Below the pieces are notes generated by a model that ran no database searches, had not been told where the DNA came from, and saw nothing but the letters and a program-made list of their open reading frames with translations. Source: an uncultured Chloroflexia bacterium (GTDB lineage Bacteria > Chloroflexota > Limnocylindria > QHBO01). Taken from it: a stretch of DNA of 64,000 nt. How positions within the stretch are numbered: position 1 is the stretch's first letter; each line of letters starts with the position of its first letter. Below are positions 8,280 through 18,414 of this stretch, piece by piece. The stretch covers positions 1,008,843 to 1,072,842 of the forward strand of contig CAWJZO010000001.1 of the NCBI GenBank assembly GCA_963847375.1, given 5' to 3'. Made by a program: the position numbers and the translations under genes.

Positions 8280-10316
8280 CTAGCGGCCGTCCTCGCCACT
8301 CTCGGGGCGCGCCGGCTGCGCCACGAAGTTGCCCTCGCGCCCGGCGCCATCGCTCATCGCCATCGCGCTGGGCATCTGCGGCGAGAGCGGCCCGGCCTGC
8401 ATCGGTGCGGTGCCGCGCTCGGCCCCGATGACGTGCATGACCGCGTTGATGAGTGCGAGGTGCGTGAACGCCTGTGGAAAGTTGCCGAGGTGGCGTCCGG
8501 TGTCGGGGTCGAGCTCCTCGCCGTACAGGCCGAGCGCGCTCGAGTACGAGAGGAGCTTCTCGCACAGCCGATGCGCGCGCCGGATCTCGCCGATCTCGAC
8601 GAGCGCGGAGACGAGCCAGAACGAGCAGATCGTGAAGGTGCCCTCCTCTCCGGAGAGGCCGTCGTCGGTGGTCTCGGTGCGATAGCGCAGGACGAGGCCG
8701 TCGTCGGTCAGCTCGTCGGCGATCGCGAGGACCGTGCGACGAATACGCTCGTCCGACGGGGGCAGGAACCGGACGAGCGGCATGAGCAGGACCGATGCGT
8801 CGAGGGCGTCGGTCTCGTAGTGCTGGGTGAAGACGCCGCGGCGGTCAAGGGCGTTGGCGCAGATGTCGGCGTGGATCTCGTCGGCGGCGGCCTGCCACGC
8901 GTCAGCGCGCTCCGTCTCGTCCCGCAGGCGGGCGAGGCGCGCACCGCGGTCGGCGGCGACCCAGCACATCAGCTTCGAGCTCGTGAAGTGCTTCGGCTCG
9001 CCGCGAACCTCCCAGACGCCGCGGTCGGGCTCGCGCCAGTTGGCCATGGCCGCCTCGACCTGGCGGACGAGAATCGGCCAGAGACGCTCGTCGAGGTGGT
9101 CCCGAGACTTGACGTGGAGGTACGCCGAGTCGAGCACGGCACCCCACATGTCGTGCTGGCGCTGCCCGTACGCGTCGTTGCCGATCCGGACGGGCCGTGC
9201 CCCCTCGTAGCCGCCCAGGTGCTCGAGGATCTGCTCCGGCAGGGCGCGCTCGCCGTCGACGCCGTACATGATCTGGAGCTCGTCGTCGCGCTCGGCGACG
9301 TCGGAGATGAAGTGGAGGTAGTCGTTCGCCTCCCAGTCGAAGCCCAGGGTGTACAGACCCCACAGGGCGAAGGTCGCGTCGCGGATCCAGCTGTAGCGGT
9401 AGTCCCAGTTGCGCTCGCCGCCGGGCGTCTCGGGCAGCGAGGTGGTCGGCGCTGCGACGACCGCGCCGCTCGGCGCGTAGGTGAGGCCCTTCAGGGTCAG
9501 GGCCGAGCGCTCGAGGTGCGACCGCCACGGGTGGTCGGGGAACGTGCCACGGGCCAGCCAGTGCTGCCAGTGGTGCGCCGTCCACACCAGCCGCTTGTAG
9601 GCGTCGTCGACGCTGCGTGGCGCCGGCGCCTGGTTCCAGGCCAGCGCGCTGAAGCGCTGCTCGCCCTCCTTGATGAGGGTGCGCGCCACCGCGCGCGGGC
9701 CCTCGAAGCCGATGTTCATGTCGCTCGTGAGGACCAGCTCGACGTCGGACCGATCGCTCACGCATCGGCCCTGGTGGTAGCCGTCCTCGGGATAGCTCCA
9801 GGTGCCGTACCCGCGGCCGTAGTCGAACACCGGCTCGCAGTCGAGGGCCACCTGCATCTCGCCGTTGACGCATCGGACCATGCGCAGGAGGACGTGGCTC
9901 GCGTCGTAGTCGGTGGGCGGCCGGCGATGCGTCTGCGATCGCTCCTCGAGGTGTCGCCACGGACCCATGAGCAATACGTCCCGGACGATCACCCAGCCGG
10001 TCGGCGAGCCCCAGCTCGTCTCGAGGACCATCGTGCCGGGCAGGTAGCGACGCGCGGCCGGCACAGTGATGTCGGACGGGCCGAAGCGGAAGCCACCGGC
10101 GTCGCGGTCGAGAATCGACCCGAAGACGCTCGGCGAGTCGAGGCGCGGCAGGCACAGCCACTCGACGTTGCCTGACGGCGCCACGAGGGCGGTCGTCTCG
10201 CAGTCGGAAAGGAACGCGTACTCACCGATCGGTGCGAATGGCGAGCTGCCGAACGGCCGATCGTGCGCGTTCGGCCCCGGTGACTGCGGCCGTCCGTTCG
10301 TGCTCATCGTCGCCAT
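8280..10316 (-). CDS. Glycoside hydrolase family 15 (trehalase/glucoamylase type)
   Basis: The N-terminus IGEYAFLSDCETTALVAPSGNVEWLCLPRLDSPSVFG and the (alpha/alpha)6 region with WDYRYSWIRDATF are hallmarks of actinobacterial GH15 trehalases. Confidence 0.9.
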   Translation of the reverse strand: MATMSTNGRPQSPGPNAHDRPFGSSPFAPIGEYAFLSDCETTALVAPSGNVEWLCLPRLDSPSVFGSILDRDAGGFRFGPSDITVPAARRYLPGTMVLETSWGSPTGWVIVRDVLLMGPWRHLEERSQTHRRPPTDYDASHVLLRMVRCVNGEMQVALDCEPVFDYGRGYGTWSYPEDGYHQGRCVSDRSDVELVLTSDMNIGFEGPRAVARTLIKEGEQRFSALAWNQAPAPRSVDDAYKRLVWTAHHWQHWLARGTFPDHPWRSHLERSALTLKGLTYAPSGAVVAAPTTSLPETPGGERNWDYRYSWIRDATFALWGLYTLGFDWEANDYLHFISDVAERDDELQIMYGVDGERALPEQILEHLGGYEGARPVRIGNDAYGQRQHDMWGAVLDSAYLHVKSRDHLDERLWPILVRQVEAAMANWREPDRGVWEVRGEPKHFTSSKLMCWVAADRGARLARLRDETERADAWQAAADEIHADICANALDRRGVFTQHYETDALDASVLLMPLVRFLPPSDERIRRTVLAIADELTDDGLVLRYRTETTDDGLSGEEGTFTICSFWLVSALVEIGEIRRAHRLCEKLLSYSSALGLYGEELDPDTGRHLGNFPQAFTHLALINAVMHVIGAERGTAPMQAGPLSPQMPSAMAMSDGAGREGNFVAQPARPESGEDGR

Positions 10317-10367
10317 CCCGCGTGCGGGGGCGACAGTCTCACACGTTCGCTGGCGCGCGCCAACCCC

Positions 10368-11240
10368 TCAGATGTCGGCGTCGAACGTGTCGCAGCCGTC
10401 GATCGAACCCGCCTCGAGGCCGTTCGAGAACCATTCCTGGCGCTGCTCCGCGGAGCCGTGTGTCCAGGTCTCGGGGTTCACCTGTCCCTGGGTCTGCTCC
10501 TGGATGCGATCGTCACCGATGACCGATGCCGCATCGAGCGCCTGGTCGATCTGCTCCTGCGTCAATGACTCGAGGAAGCCGGTCTCGACGGCGTTGGCGC
10601 CCCACAGCCCGGCGAAGCAGTCGGCCTGCAGCTCGGTCCGCACGGCGCCTCCCTCGGCGCCGGCATCGCGGCCCTGGTCGAGGAGCCCGAGCAGGTTCTG
10701 AATGTGGTGGCCGTACTCGTGCGCGACGACGTACATCTCCGCGAACGGGCCGCCCTGGGCGCCGAAGCGGTTCTCCAGGTCGCCGAAGAAGCCGAGGTCG
10801 AGGTAGATCGTCTGGTCGAGCGGGCAGTAGAACGGCCCCACCGCGCTCGAGGCCGCCCCGCACTGTGTGCTCACCTGGTCGCTGAAGATCACGACGTCCG
10901 GCTGCTGGAGCTGCTCGCCGGAGGCGGAGAACACATCGGCCCAGTGCGCGTCCAGGCTCTGGACGGCGCCAACGAGCCGGCAGTCCTGGCGCTGGTTGGC
11001 GTCCTCGCCGGTCTCGCACTGGTTGACGAGCTCGGTGCCGACCGGGCCCTCGACCGGCGCGGCGGGAAGGCCGCCGCCGAGGATGTCGCCGAGGTCGCCG
11101 CCCAACAGCAGGACCGCGGCGATGACGATGAGCGTGACGACCCCGCCACCGCCGACGGCGAGCCCGCCGCCGCGCAGGCGGCGCCCGCGCACGTCACGGA
11201 CGCGCCCGGGATCGAGGTCGACGTCGGGTCTGAAGGTCAT
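10368..11240 (-). CDS. Neutral zinc metallopeptidase (YpfJ/PF04228-like), membrane anchored
   Basis: An N-terminal TM segment is followed by CGAASSAVGPFYCP.D..IYLD..FF and the HEYGHH zinc motif. Confidence 0.85.
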   Translation of the reverse strand: MTFRPDVDLDPGRVRDVRGRRLRGGGLAVGGGGVVTLIVIAAVLLLGGDLGDILGGGLPAAPVEGPVGTELVNQCETGEDANQRQDCRLVGAVQSLDAHWADVFSASGEQLQQPDVVIFSDQVSTQCGAASSAVGPFYCPLDQTIYLDLGFFGDLENRFGAQGGPFAEMYVVAHEYGHHIQNLLGLLDQGRDAGAEGGAVRTELQADCFAGLWGANAVETGFLESLTQEQIDQALDAASVIGDDRIQEQTQGQVNPETWTHGSAEQRQEWFSNGLEAGSIDGCDTFDADI

Positions 11241-11336
11241 TCGGGAACAACTCCACGCGCCTCTTGCCTGCTCGGCCGCCGAGCTGCCACTGACCAGACG
11301 ATAGCGAGTGGCGTGCCAGCGCCCGGCGGCGCCGTC

Positions 11337-12377
11337 CTAGCTCAGCCGCTCCGCGAGCCAGCCGATGGCCGGCGGGTAGCGCCATTCGATCGCGCCGTGG
11401 GTGCCGTCGAAGAGCTCGAAGTGCAGCTCCGGCTCGCCGATCCCGAGCGCATCGAGCGCGGCGACGAACGCCTGCGCGCCGAGGTCGAGGAAATATTCGT
11501 CGCTCTTCCCCGCGTCGACCCAGATCGCTTTCAGTCCGCGCAGCGCGTCGGCGTGGCCGGCCGCCATCCGCACCGGGTCCCAGGCAAGCCATCGCTCCCA
11601 GACCTCGGGAATCAGCCGCCCGGTGGAGATGTCGAACGGAAGGCGCACGGTCCCGTCCGGATCGGTCGAGTAGCACGCGGCCATCGCCCACTCGTTGACG
11701 AGGGCCGCGTCGGCGGGCTTCGAGCGACCCGGCCGCGATCGGAAGTCCGCCCAGAAGGCGTCGAACGAGCCGCCATGGTGGTCGCGAAGCGCCCGCGCAG
11801 CTTCGGGAAACTCCGGCTGGTAGCAGGCCTCGAAGAGCGCGTCGCCGGCGTGCGACACGAGCCCGCCGAACAGGTCCGGCCGGAGCATCGGCGTGACCAT
11901 CGCGCCGTATCCGCCGCTCGACTTCCCGGCGATGCCGCGGTGGGCCGCATCGGTCAGGGTCCGGTAGCGGGCATCGACGAGTGGAACGACCTCGTCACAC
12001 AGGTAGGTGTGGTAGCGGCCCGTCCCGGGCGAGTCGAGGAACTGCGAGCCACCGTAGCTGGTCCAGGCGTCGACGAAGGCGACGATCGCAGGGGTCGATC
12101 CCGGCTGCGCGAACCAGTCGTCGATCGCCTCCACCACCGAGGGCGAGAAGGCCCTCCGGTTGCGCCACATGTCGAGCTGACCGGTCATGCCCTGGATGAG
12201 ATAGATCGATGGATAGCGCCGGTCGCCGTCGCCGTCGTATCCGGGAGGGATGTAGACCCAGACGGGCCGAACGTGCGGGTCGCCGAGCGGGTTCCCGGTG
12301 AGCGCCTCCGAGTCGAAGCTCAGCTCGTCGAGCCGGCCCGCCCAGCGGTGGCCCCACGGCGGCGGCAGGTCCGTCAC
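11337..12377 (-). CDS. Alpha/beta-hydrolase esterase (putative esterase / enterochelin-esterase-like family)
   Basis: The nucleophile elbow GKSSGG and the VWVYIPPGYD pattern are present. The GTG start overlaps the stop of the upstream permease (GTGA). Confidence 0.8.
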   Translation of the reverse strand: MTDLPPPWGHRWAGRLDELSFDSEALTGNPLGDPHVRPVWVYIPPGYDGDGDRRYPSIYLIQGMTGQLDMWRNRRAFSPSVVEAIDDWFAQPGSTPAIVAFVDAWTSYGGSQFLDSPGTGRYHTYLCDEVVPLVDARYRTLTDAAHRGIAGKSSGGYGAMVTPMLRPDLFGGLVSHAGDALFEACYQPEFPEAARALRDHHGGSFDAFWADFRSRPGRSKPADAALVNEWAMAACYSTDPDGTVRLPFDISTGRLIPEVWERWLAWDPVRMAAGHADALRGLKAIWVDAGKSDEYFLDLGAQAFVAALDALGIGEPELHFELFDGTHGAIEWRYPPAIGWLAERLS

Positions 12378-13102
12378 GCCGTCTCCCCGCGCAGCTCGAC
12401 GGTCTCGAGCCGCCGAACGGCCAGGATGGCCGCCCCCACCGTGATGATCACGACCGCGGCGATGGCAACTTCGAGGGCCACCTCAGCGACCCCGACGGCG
12501 TCGCCACCCCCGATGGCCTCGACCACTGCCAGTGCGTGCTGTCGCACGCTGATCACCCGCGTTCCGGCGAAGAGGCCGGCCACCACGCCCTCCCAGACGA
12601 CGACGTACGCCAGGCCGATGATGAGGGCCCGCGAAGTGATCAACGACAGGGCGACGAAGATCGCCGTGTACTCGAGGGCGCCGATGACTGCCGCGACCGC
12701 GAAGGCGATCGCCAGCGCCGGGTCGTCCTGCCCGATCAGGCCGGCCACGAGCGTCGCCGGCGCGACGAGGATCGTTACCACCACCCAGGCGACGAGGAGC
12801 TTGACGATCACGATCCGCCAGCGCGGCACCGGCCGTGCCAGGAGATAGACGATTGTGCCGTCGTCGAGCTCCGAACCGATCGCGGCCGTGCCCACGATCA
12901 CTGCGACCAGCGGCAGGAGCACGCCGAGGGCAAGGTCACTGAGCAGCGTGCGCGTGACCTCGAGAGCCTGCTCCGGAGTCGGGTCGCTGAGGAGGTAGAG
13001 CCCGACGATGCCGATCATCAGCACCCCGAGCAGGGCGAGCAACAAGGTTCGGCGCCGGTTGAGGAGGGCGCGCAGGGTGATCGAGATGAGCGCTGCGGTC
13101 AT
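12374..13102 (-). CDS. ABC-2 type transporter permease
   Basis: This is a polytopic hydrophobic 242-aa protein. Its ATG overlaps the stop of the upstream ATPase (ATGA at 13099-13102). Confidence 0.8.
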   Translation of the reverse strand: MTAALISITLRALLNRRRTLLLALLGVLMIGIVGLYLLSDPTPEQALEVTRTLLSDLALGVLLPLVAVIVGTAAIGSELDDGTIVYLLARPVPRWRIVIVKLLVAWVVVTILVAPATLVAGLIGQDDPALAIAFAVAAVIGALEYTAIFVALSLITSRALIIGLAYVVVWEGVVAGLFAGTRVISVRQHALAVVEAIGGGDAVGVAEVALEVAIAAVVIITVGAAILAVRRLETVELRGETA

Positions 13103-14010
13103 CGGCGCACGAGGTAGCTGAAGACCGACTCGAGCGACTCGTCGGCCGGGCGCAGCTCGAGGAGCGACACGCCGGCGCGCTGCGCGGCCGGGCCGACATT
13201 TCGGGTCAGCGCGCCGTAGTCGCGGGTGCTGACGGTGAGGATGCCGTCGTGGAGGTCGACCGCGTCAACCTCCGGCGTCGCCAGGAGCTCGCGCGCCAGT
13301 CGGCGGTCGTCGCTCGAGCGCAGCGTGAAGCTGTGCGGGCGATCGGTCATGAGGCGGCGGATGCGCCTGAAGTCGCCGGAGGCGGCGAGGCGGCCGGCCA
13401 CGACGACCAGCACGCGGTCGGAAAGGCGCTCGACCTCCTCGAGGATGTGGCTGCTGAACAGGATCGTGCGGCCCTCGGCGGCCATCTCGCGCAGGAGGTC
13501 CATCATGTGCAGGCGCTGCCGCGGGTCCATGCCGTTGAACGGCTCGTCGAGGATGAGCACTGACGGGTCGTGGACGAGGGCTGCAGCGACCTTGACGCGC
13601 TGGCGCATCCCCTTCGAGTAGCCGCCGATCGCCCGCCCCGCGGCGTCATGCAGGTCGACGAGGCCGATGGCACGGTCGGCCGCACCGGCCGGATCGTCGA
13701 GGTCATGGAGCCTGGCGGCGGCGGTGACGAACTGGGTGCCGGTCAGGAAGCCGTACACGGCCTCGCGTTCCGGGACGAAACCGACGCGCCGATAGAGCTC
13801 CGGGTGCCGCCAGGTCGGCGTCTCGTCGAGCTGGACCGTCCCCGCGCTCGGACGCAGGAAGCCGGCCATCATGTGCAGGAGGGTCGTCTTGCCTGCGCCG
13901 TTCGGGCCGAGCAGCCCCGTGATGCCAGCGCCGACCTCGAAGGTCACATCGTTGACGGCCACGACGTTGCCGTACCAGCGTGAGGCGGCCTCGAGCCGCA
14001 GGACGCTCAC
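13099..14010 (-). CDS. ABC transporter ATP-binding protein
   Basis: Walker A (GPNGAGKTT), signature (YSKGMRQR) and Walker B (ILDEPFNG) are present. I chose the GTG at 14010, which overlaps the upstream stop (GTGA); the longer ORF prefix overlaps the preceding gene. Confidence 0.85.
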   Translation of the reverse strand: MSVLRLEAASRWYGNVVAVNDVTFEVGAGITGLLGPNGAGKTTLLHMMAGFLRPSAGTVQLDETPTWRHPELYRRVGFVPEREAVYGFLTGTQFVTAAARLHDLDDPAGAADRAIGLVDLHDAAGRAIGGYSKGMRQRVKVAAALVHDPSVLILDEPFNGMDPRQRLHMMDLLREMAAEGRTILFSSHILEEVERLSDRVLVVVAGRLAASGDFRRIRRLMTDRPHSFTLRSSDDRRLARELLATPEVDAVDLHDGILTVSTRDYGALTRNVGPAAQRAGVSLLELRPADESLESVFSYLVRR

Positions 14011-14894
14011 ACCGTGATCCGCCGATAGCGGAAGGCGAGCACCAGCCATGAGCCGAGGGTGAGAAGCGCGGCCACGGCGCCGTAGACGGGAAGCGGCACG
14101 CTGCTGGCACCGACCGGCGACTCCGCGACCTCGCCGCCGAACAGCCACTGCCGGGCGCCGTCGATGATGCTCAGCGGGTTGAGGAATGGCGCCCAGTCGT
14201 CGAACGCCCCGCCGGCCTCGGCGAACACCGCGCTGATCACGCCGCCGACGAGGAAGACGGCAAGGACGGCGCCAGCCGCGAAGGCGCGCCGCGAGGCCAG
14301 CGAGCAGATGGCGAGTCCGAAGCTTGCCAGCACCACCGCGTGCAGGACCGCGCTACCGATGATCGCCGGAAGAGATCCGATCTCGTCGCCGAACGCGGCC
14401 AGCAGGTCGTCGGTTGCGAGCACGCGGCCGATGAAGAGGACGAGGACCGGCAGGAGCGTGAGCGAGAGCAGGCCGAGCGCCAGGGCGGTCAGCTTGGCGG
14501 CCACGTAGTCGATCCGGCTCATCGGCCGGCTGAAGTACAGCGGCAGGACGCGGTGGCGGATGTCGTTGACGACGAGCTCCGGCGCCTGCGCGGCCACGAA
14601 GATCGAGAACAGCGCGCCGATCTGCCACAGGTAGTTCTCGTAGTTGTAGAGGTCGGGGATGATGTCGCCGGCCAGTACCCGGATTGCGACCGCAACCACC
14701 GCCGGCAGGACGGCCAGGATCACCGCGCCCCACGGGATGATCTTCGACCGCCCGGATCGCCCCAGGCCGAACACCGCCCGCACGCCCGCCTCGACAACGG
14801 CGCCGACGGCTCCTCCGCGGCCCAGGCGCGGACCGTCGTAGCGGCGATAGCCGATGTCGTAGATCGTGCCGGTGGTCTCGGTCCCCGCGGTCAT
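14007..14894 (-). CDS. ABC transporter permease (YDIGYRRYDG-type N-terminus)
   Basis: This is a polytopic membrane protein. Its ATG at 14894 overlaps the stop of the upstream ATPase (ATGA). Confidence 0.8.
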   Translation of the reverse strand: MTAGTETTGTIYDIGYRRYDGPRLGRGGAVGAVVEAGVRAVFGLGRSGRSKIIPWGAVILAVLPAVVAVAIRVLAGDIIPDLYNYENYLWQIGALFSIFVAAQAPELVVNDIRHRVLPLYFSRPMSRIDYVAAKLTALALGLLSLTLLPVLVLFIGRVLATDDLLAAFGDEIGSLPAIIGSAVLHAVVLASFGLAICSLASRRAFAAGAVLAVFLVGGVISAVFAEAGGAFDDWAPFLNPLSIIDGARQWLFGGEVAESPVGASSVPLPVYGAVAALLTLGSWLVLAFRYRRITV

Positions 14895-15814
14895 GCGGCG
14901 CCCTCGTCGCGGAAGAGGTCCTCGAGCTGGTGGCGCCGATGCTCGATCCGCACGAGCGGCAGCCCGAGCGCGACCGCTTCGTCGCGGACGGCGTCGTACA
15001 CGTCGAAGTTCCCGCCACCCGCCGAGGCGATCTCGACGAGCAGCATTCGACCGGTGGCGGTGGCCTCGAGGCCGCGCGCCACGAGCCGATCGGCGAGGGG
15101 ATCGGCGGCGTCCTCGGTCTCGACCACGAGCTGGCCGGTGCGCTCGGTGAAGCTGGTCAGCGGGGCGGTGCGCAGCAGCCGCCCGGCATCGATCGCCACG
15201 AGCCAGCCGGCCACGCGCTCGATCTCGCCGAGCAGGTGGCTGGCGACGACGACCGCGATGCCGAAGTCGCGGCCGATGCGCTCGATGAGGCCGAGCATCT
15301 CGTCCCTGCCGGCGGGGTCGAGACCGTTCGTCGGCTCGTCGAGGAAGAGGAGGCGCGGGTCGTGGACGAGCGACTGTGCGAGCTTGACGCGCTGCTTCAT
15401 GCCGGTCGAGTAGCCGCCGATCGGCCGATAGCGCTCCTCGTAGAGGCCGACGTGGCGCAGGACGTCGGCGGTGCGCTCGCGGGCCGCGCCGGCGGGCAGG
15501 CCCGAGACACGGGCCATGTGGCTGACGAACTCGGTGGCGCTGACGTCCGGCGGCAGGCAATCGTGCTCGGGCATGTAGCCGACGAGCTCGCGGATGCGCG
15601 CTCCCTCGGTTCGGGTGTCGAGGTCGAGGACGGTTGCCTCGCCGTCGGTCGGCTCGAGCAGCCCCAGCAGGATCTTGATCAGCGTGCTCTTTCCCGCTCC
15701 GTTGGCGCCGACGAGGCCGATGACGCCCTCGCCGATCTCGACGCTCAGTCCGTCGAGCGCGGTGACGCCGCCGGGATAGCGCTTCGTCAGCGCCCGGGTG
15801 CTGATGAGGGCCAT
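14891..15814 (-). CDS. ABC transporter ATP-binding protein
   Basis: Walker A (GANGAGKST), signature (YSTGMKQR) and Walker B (LFLDEPTNG) are present. Confidence 0.9.
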   Translation of the reverse strand: MALISTRALTKRYPGGVTALDGLSVEIGEGVIGLVGANGAGKSTLIKILLGLLEPTDGEATVLDLDTRTEGARIRELVGYMPEHDCLPPDVSATEFVSHMARVSGLPAGAARERTADVLRHVGLYEERYRPIGGYSTGMKQRVKLAQSLVHDPRLLFLDEPTNGLDPAGRDEMLGLIERIGRDFGIAVVVASHLLGEIERVAGWLVAIDAGRLLRTAPLTSFTERTGQLVVETEDAADPLADRLVARGLEATATGRMLLVEIASAGGGNFDVYDAVRDEAVALGLPLVRIEHRRHQLEDLFRDEGAA

Positions 15815-15823
15815 GCGTGGCTC

Positions 15824-15905
15824 AGTCTACTGACCGATGCATCGGCGTTACCGTCAGCCCGGGGTAGCTGGCACCACTGTCAAGGGTTATATCGTTAGTG
15901 ATATA
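15824..15905 (-). promoter_or_regulatory. Candidate promoter/operator region of the ABC-esterase operon
   Basis: On the minus strand, a TAGACT -10-like hexamer (15829..15824) lies 9 nt before the ATG. A 10-bp palindrome CGATGCATCG sits at 15835-15844, a perfect TTGACA at 15883..15878, and an AT-rich inverted repeat TATATC-N6-GATATA at 15888-15905. Confidence 0.35.
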
Positions 15906-15950
15906 TCCGCTGACGGCGGCGGCGATCCTCAGGCGTCCCGTCTGCCGGGG

Positions 15951-16133
15951 CTACATGCTCGGGACGTAGTCCGGTCGCAGGAATCTGGGTGGGTCTTCGT
16001 CGAAGTCGAGCTTGCAGCCCTTGCCGCAGAAGAAGTAGGTCTGCCCCTCGTGCTCGCTGCTCAGCCCCTGGGCAGTGGCGATCTCGCGATTGACCTCCAT
16101 CCCGCAGACGGGATCGACGGCGGTGGTCGTCAT
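15951..16133 (-). CDS. YHS-domain (TRASH-like) metal-binding protein
   Basis: DPVCGMEV......A....EH.G.TYFFCGKGCK..F is the YHS domain. It lies 29 nt downstream of copA. Confidence 0.8.
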   Translation of the reverse strand: MTTTAVDPVCGMEVNREIATAQGLSSEHEGQTYFFCGKGCKLDFDEDPPRFLRPDYVPSM

Positions 16134-16162
16134 CGGTGCATCGGCCTCCAGTTCGGCATCGG

Positions 16163-18412
16163 TCAGGCGGCGCGGAAGGCCCGCAGCCGTAGGGAATTGA
16201 GGACGACGCTGACGCTCGAGAGCGCCATCGCGCCGGCCGCAAGGGCGGGAGTCAGCAGGAGGCCTGCCAGCGGGTATAGGAGGCCGGCGGCGACGGGGAT
16301 GAGCAGCACGTTGTAGCCGAACGCCCACGCGAGGTTCTGGCGGATCGTGCGCATCGTCGCGCGCGACAGCCGCACGGCGGCAGGCACGGCGCCGAGGTCG
16401 TCGCGGACGAGCGTGACGTCGCTGGCCTGGACCGCCACGTCCGCGCCGGTGCCGATCGCGATCCCGAGGTCGGCCTGGGCAAGGGCAGGCGCGTCGTTGA
16501 TGCCGTCGCCAACCATCGCGACGGTCGCGCCGTCACGCTGGAGGCGCTCGACGGCCGAGGCCTTGTCCGCCGGCAGGACCTCGGACACGATCCGCTCGGG
16601 ACCGATGCCGACGTGCGCGCCGATGGCCTCGGCGGTCGCGCGCCGGTCGCCGGTGAGCATCCAGACCTCGATGCCGGCGCGCGTCAGCCGGTCGACGGCC
16701 TCGGCCGCGCCGGGCTTGACGGTATCGGCGAGGCCGATGACGCCGATCGGCCGCCCGTCTCGGGCGACCCACGCGCCGGTGGCCGTCCCTAGGTCGATTG
16801 AGTCGAGCGCAGAGGCGTCAACGCCGCACTCCGCGAAGAAGGCAGGCGTACCGACGAGGACGGTCGAGCCGTCGACGGTCGCGGTCACGCCGCGGCCGGC
16901 GGTTGCCTCGAAGGCGGTGGTGGCGCTGAGGTCGATCCGGCGCTCTGACGCTTCGCCCACGATCGCCGCGGCGAGCGGATGCTCGCTGCCGCGCTCGGCG
17001 GATGCGGCAACGCGCAGGAGCTCTTCTTCGGTCACGCCCGCCAGCGCGTGGACCGTGGTGACCGCCGGCCGCCCGTGCGTGATCGTGCCGGTCTTGTCGA
17101 GGACGACGGTCGTGATGCGGTGTGCGTCCTCGAGCGCGGCGCCGTCACGGATGAGAATGCCGTGCTCGGCTCCCTTGCCGGTTCCGACCATGATCGCGGT
17201 CGGCGTCGCCAGGCCCATCGCGCAGGGACAGGCGATGATGAGGACCGCGATCGCGGAGGAGATCGCGAATGGCAGGCTCGGCTCCGGCCCGAAAGCGAGC
17301 CAGACGACGAACGTGAGCGCGGCGATGGCGAGGACGGCTGGCACGAACCAGCCCGTGACCCGATCAGCCAGGCGCTGGATCGGCGCCTTCGAACCCTGCG
17401 CGCGCTCGACGAGACTGACGATCTGGGCAAGGGTGGTGTCCGGACCGACCCGCTCGGCGCGCATGATGAACGAGCCGCTCGTGTTGAGCGTCGCACCGAT
17501 GACGCCGTCGCCGGCCGCCTTGTCGACCGGGAGCGGCTCGCCGGTGAGCATCGACTCGTCGACGGCCGAGCCGCCGTCGACGAGCACGCCGTCGACCGGG
17601 ATGCGCTCGCCGGGGCGGACGCGCAGCAGGTCGCCGGCGACGACCTGGGTCACCGGCACCTCGCGCTCGCCACCGGGGCGCAGCACGCGAGCGGTCGGCG
17701 GGCGCAGCTCCAGCAGGCTGCGCACGGCGCCCGCGGCCTGGCCCTTCGCGCGGGCTTCGAGCCATCGGCCGAGCAGCACGAGGCCGATGATCACCGCGGC
17801 CGAGTCGAAGTACGTCTCGTGGCCGAGCCCGGCGGCCATCACCGTTTCGGGCAGGAGTGTGACGAAGACGGAGTACGTGTAGGCGGCCAGGGTCCCGATC
17901 GCGACGAGCGTGTTCATGTTCGCCTCGCCGTGGCGGGCCCCGCGGGCGGCGGCGACGAGGAACCGTCGGCCGAACACGAACTGGACGATCGTGGCCGGGA
18001 TGAGAAACCAGCGGTTGACGTCCATCATCGGCCACGGCGTTCCGCCGGGCCAGAACATGATCGCCATCATCACGCCGCCGATGGCCAGCGACGCCAGCGC
18101 CTGGAACAGCAGCTCGCGGCGCTCGGCCGCGCGCTCGACCTCCGCGGCGTCCACGTCCGACGCCGCGTCGGCGGCGTCGCGGCCGACGTCGTAACCCGCG
18201 GCCTCGATGGCGGCCACGATCCCGGTGCGGTCGATCAGCGCCGGGTCGAAACGAACCGTGGCGCGCTCTGTGGCGAGGTTGACATTCGCTTCGGCGACCC
18301 CGTCGGCGCGCGAGAGAAAGCGCTCGATGCGATTGACGCAGCTGGCGCAGGTCATGCCGACGACCGGCACGCTGAGCTCGGCGGGCGCGGCGATGGAGGT
18401 TGGAGTGCTCAT
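16163..18412 (-). CDS. copA: Copper-translocating P1B-type ATPase
   Basis: The protein has an N-terminal HMA domain ([12 protein letters not shown]), a CPC motif ([11 protein letters not shown]), the DKTGT phosphorylation site, and the HP and GDGINDAP motifs. Confidence 0.95.
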   Translation of the reverse strand: MSTPTSIAAPAELSVPVVGMTCASCVNRIERFLSRADGVAEANVNLATERATVRFDPALIDRTGIVAAIEAAGYDVGRDAADAASDVDAAEVERAAERRELLFQALASLAIGGVMMAIMFWPGGTPWPMMDVNRWFLIPATIVQFVFGRRFLVAAARGARHGEANMNTLVAIGTLAAYTYSVFVTLLPETVMAAGLGHETYFDSAAVIIGLVLLGRWLEARAKGQAAGAVRSLLELRPPTARVLRPGGEREVPVTQVVAGDLLRVRPGERIPVDGVLVDGGSAVDESMLTGEPLPVDKAAGDGVIGATLNTSGSFIMRAERVGPDTTLAQIVSLVERAQGSKAPIQRLADRVTGWFVPAVLAIAALTFVVWLAFGPEPSLPFAISSAIAVLIIACPCAMGLATPTAIMVGTGKGAEHGILIRDGAALEDAHRITTVVLDKTGTITHGRPAVTTVHALAGVTEEELLRVAASAERGSEHPLAAAIVGEASERRIDLSATTAFEATAGRGVTATVDGSTVLVGTPAFFAECGVDASALDSIDLGTATGAWVARDGRPIGVIGLADTVKPGAAEAVDRLTRAGIEVWMLTGDRRATAEAIGAHVGIGPERIVSEVLPADKASAVERLQRDGATVAMVGDGINDAPALAQADLGIAIGTGADVAVQASDVTLVRDDLGAVPAAVRLSRATMRTIRQNLAWAFGYNVLLIPVAAGLLYPLAGLLLTPALAAGAMALSSVSVVLNSLRLRAFRAA

Positions 18413-18414
18413 CG

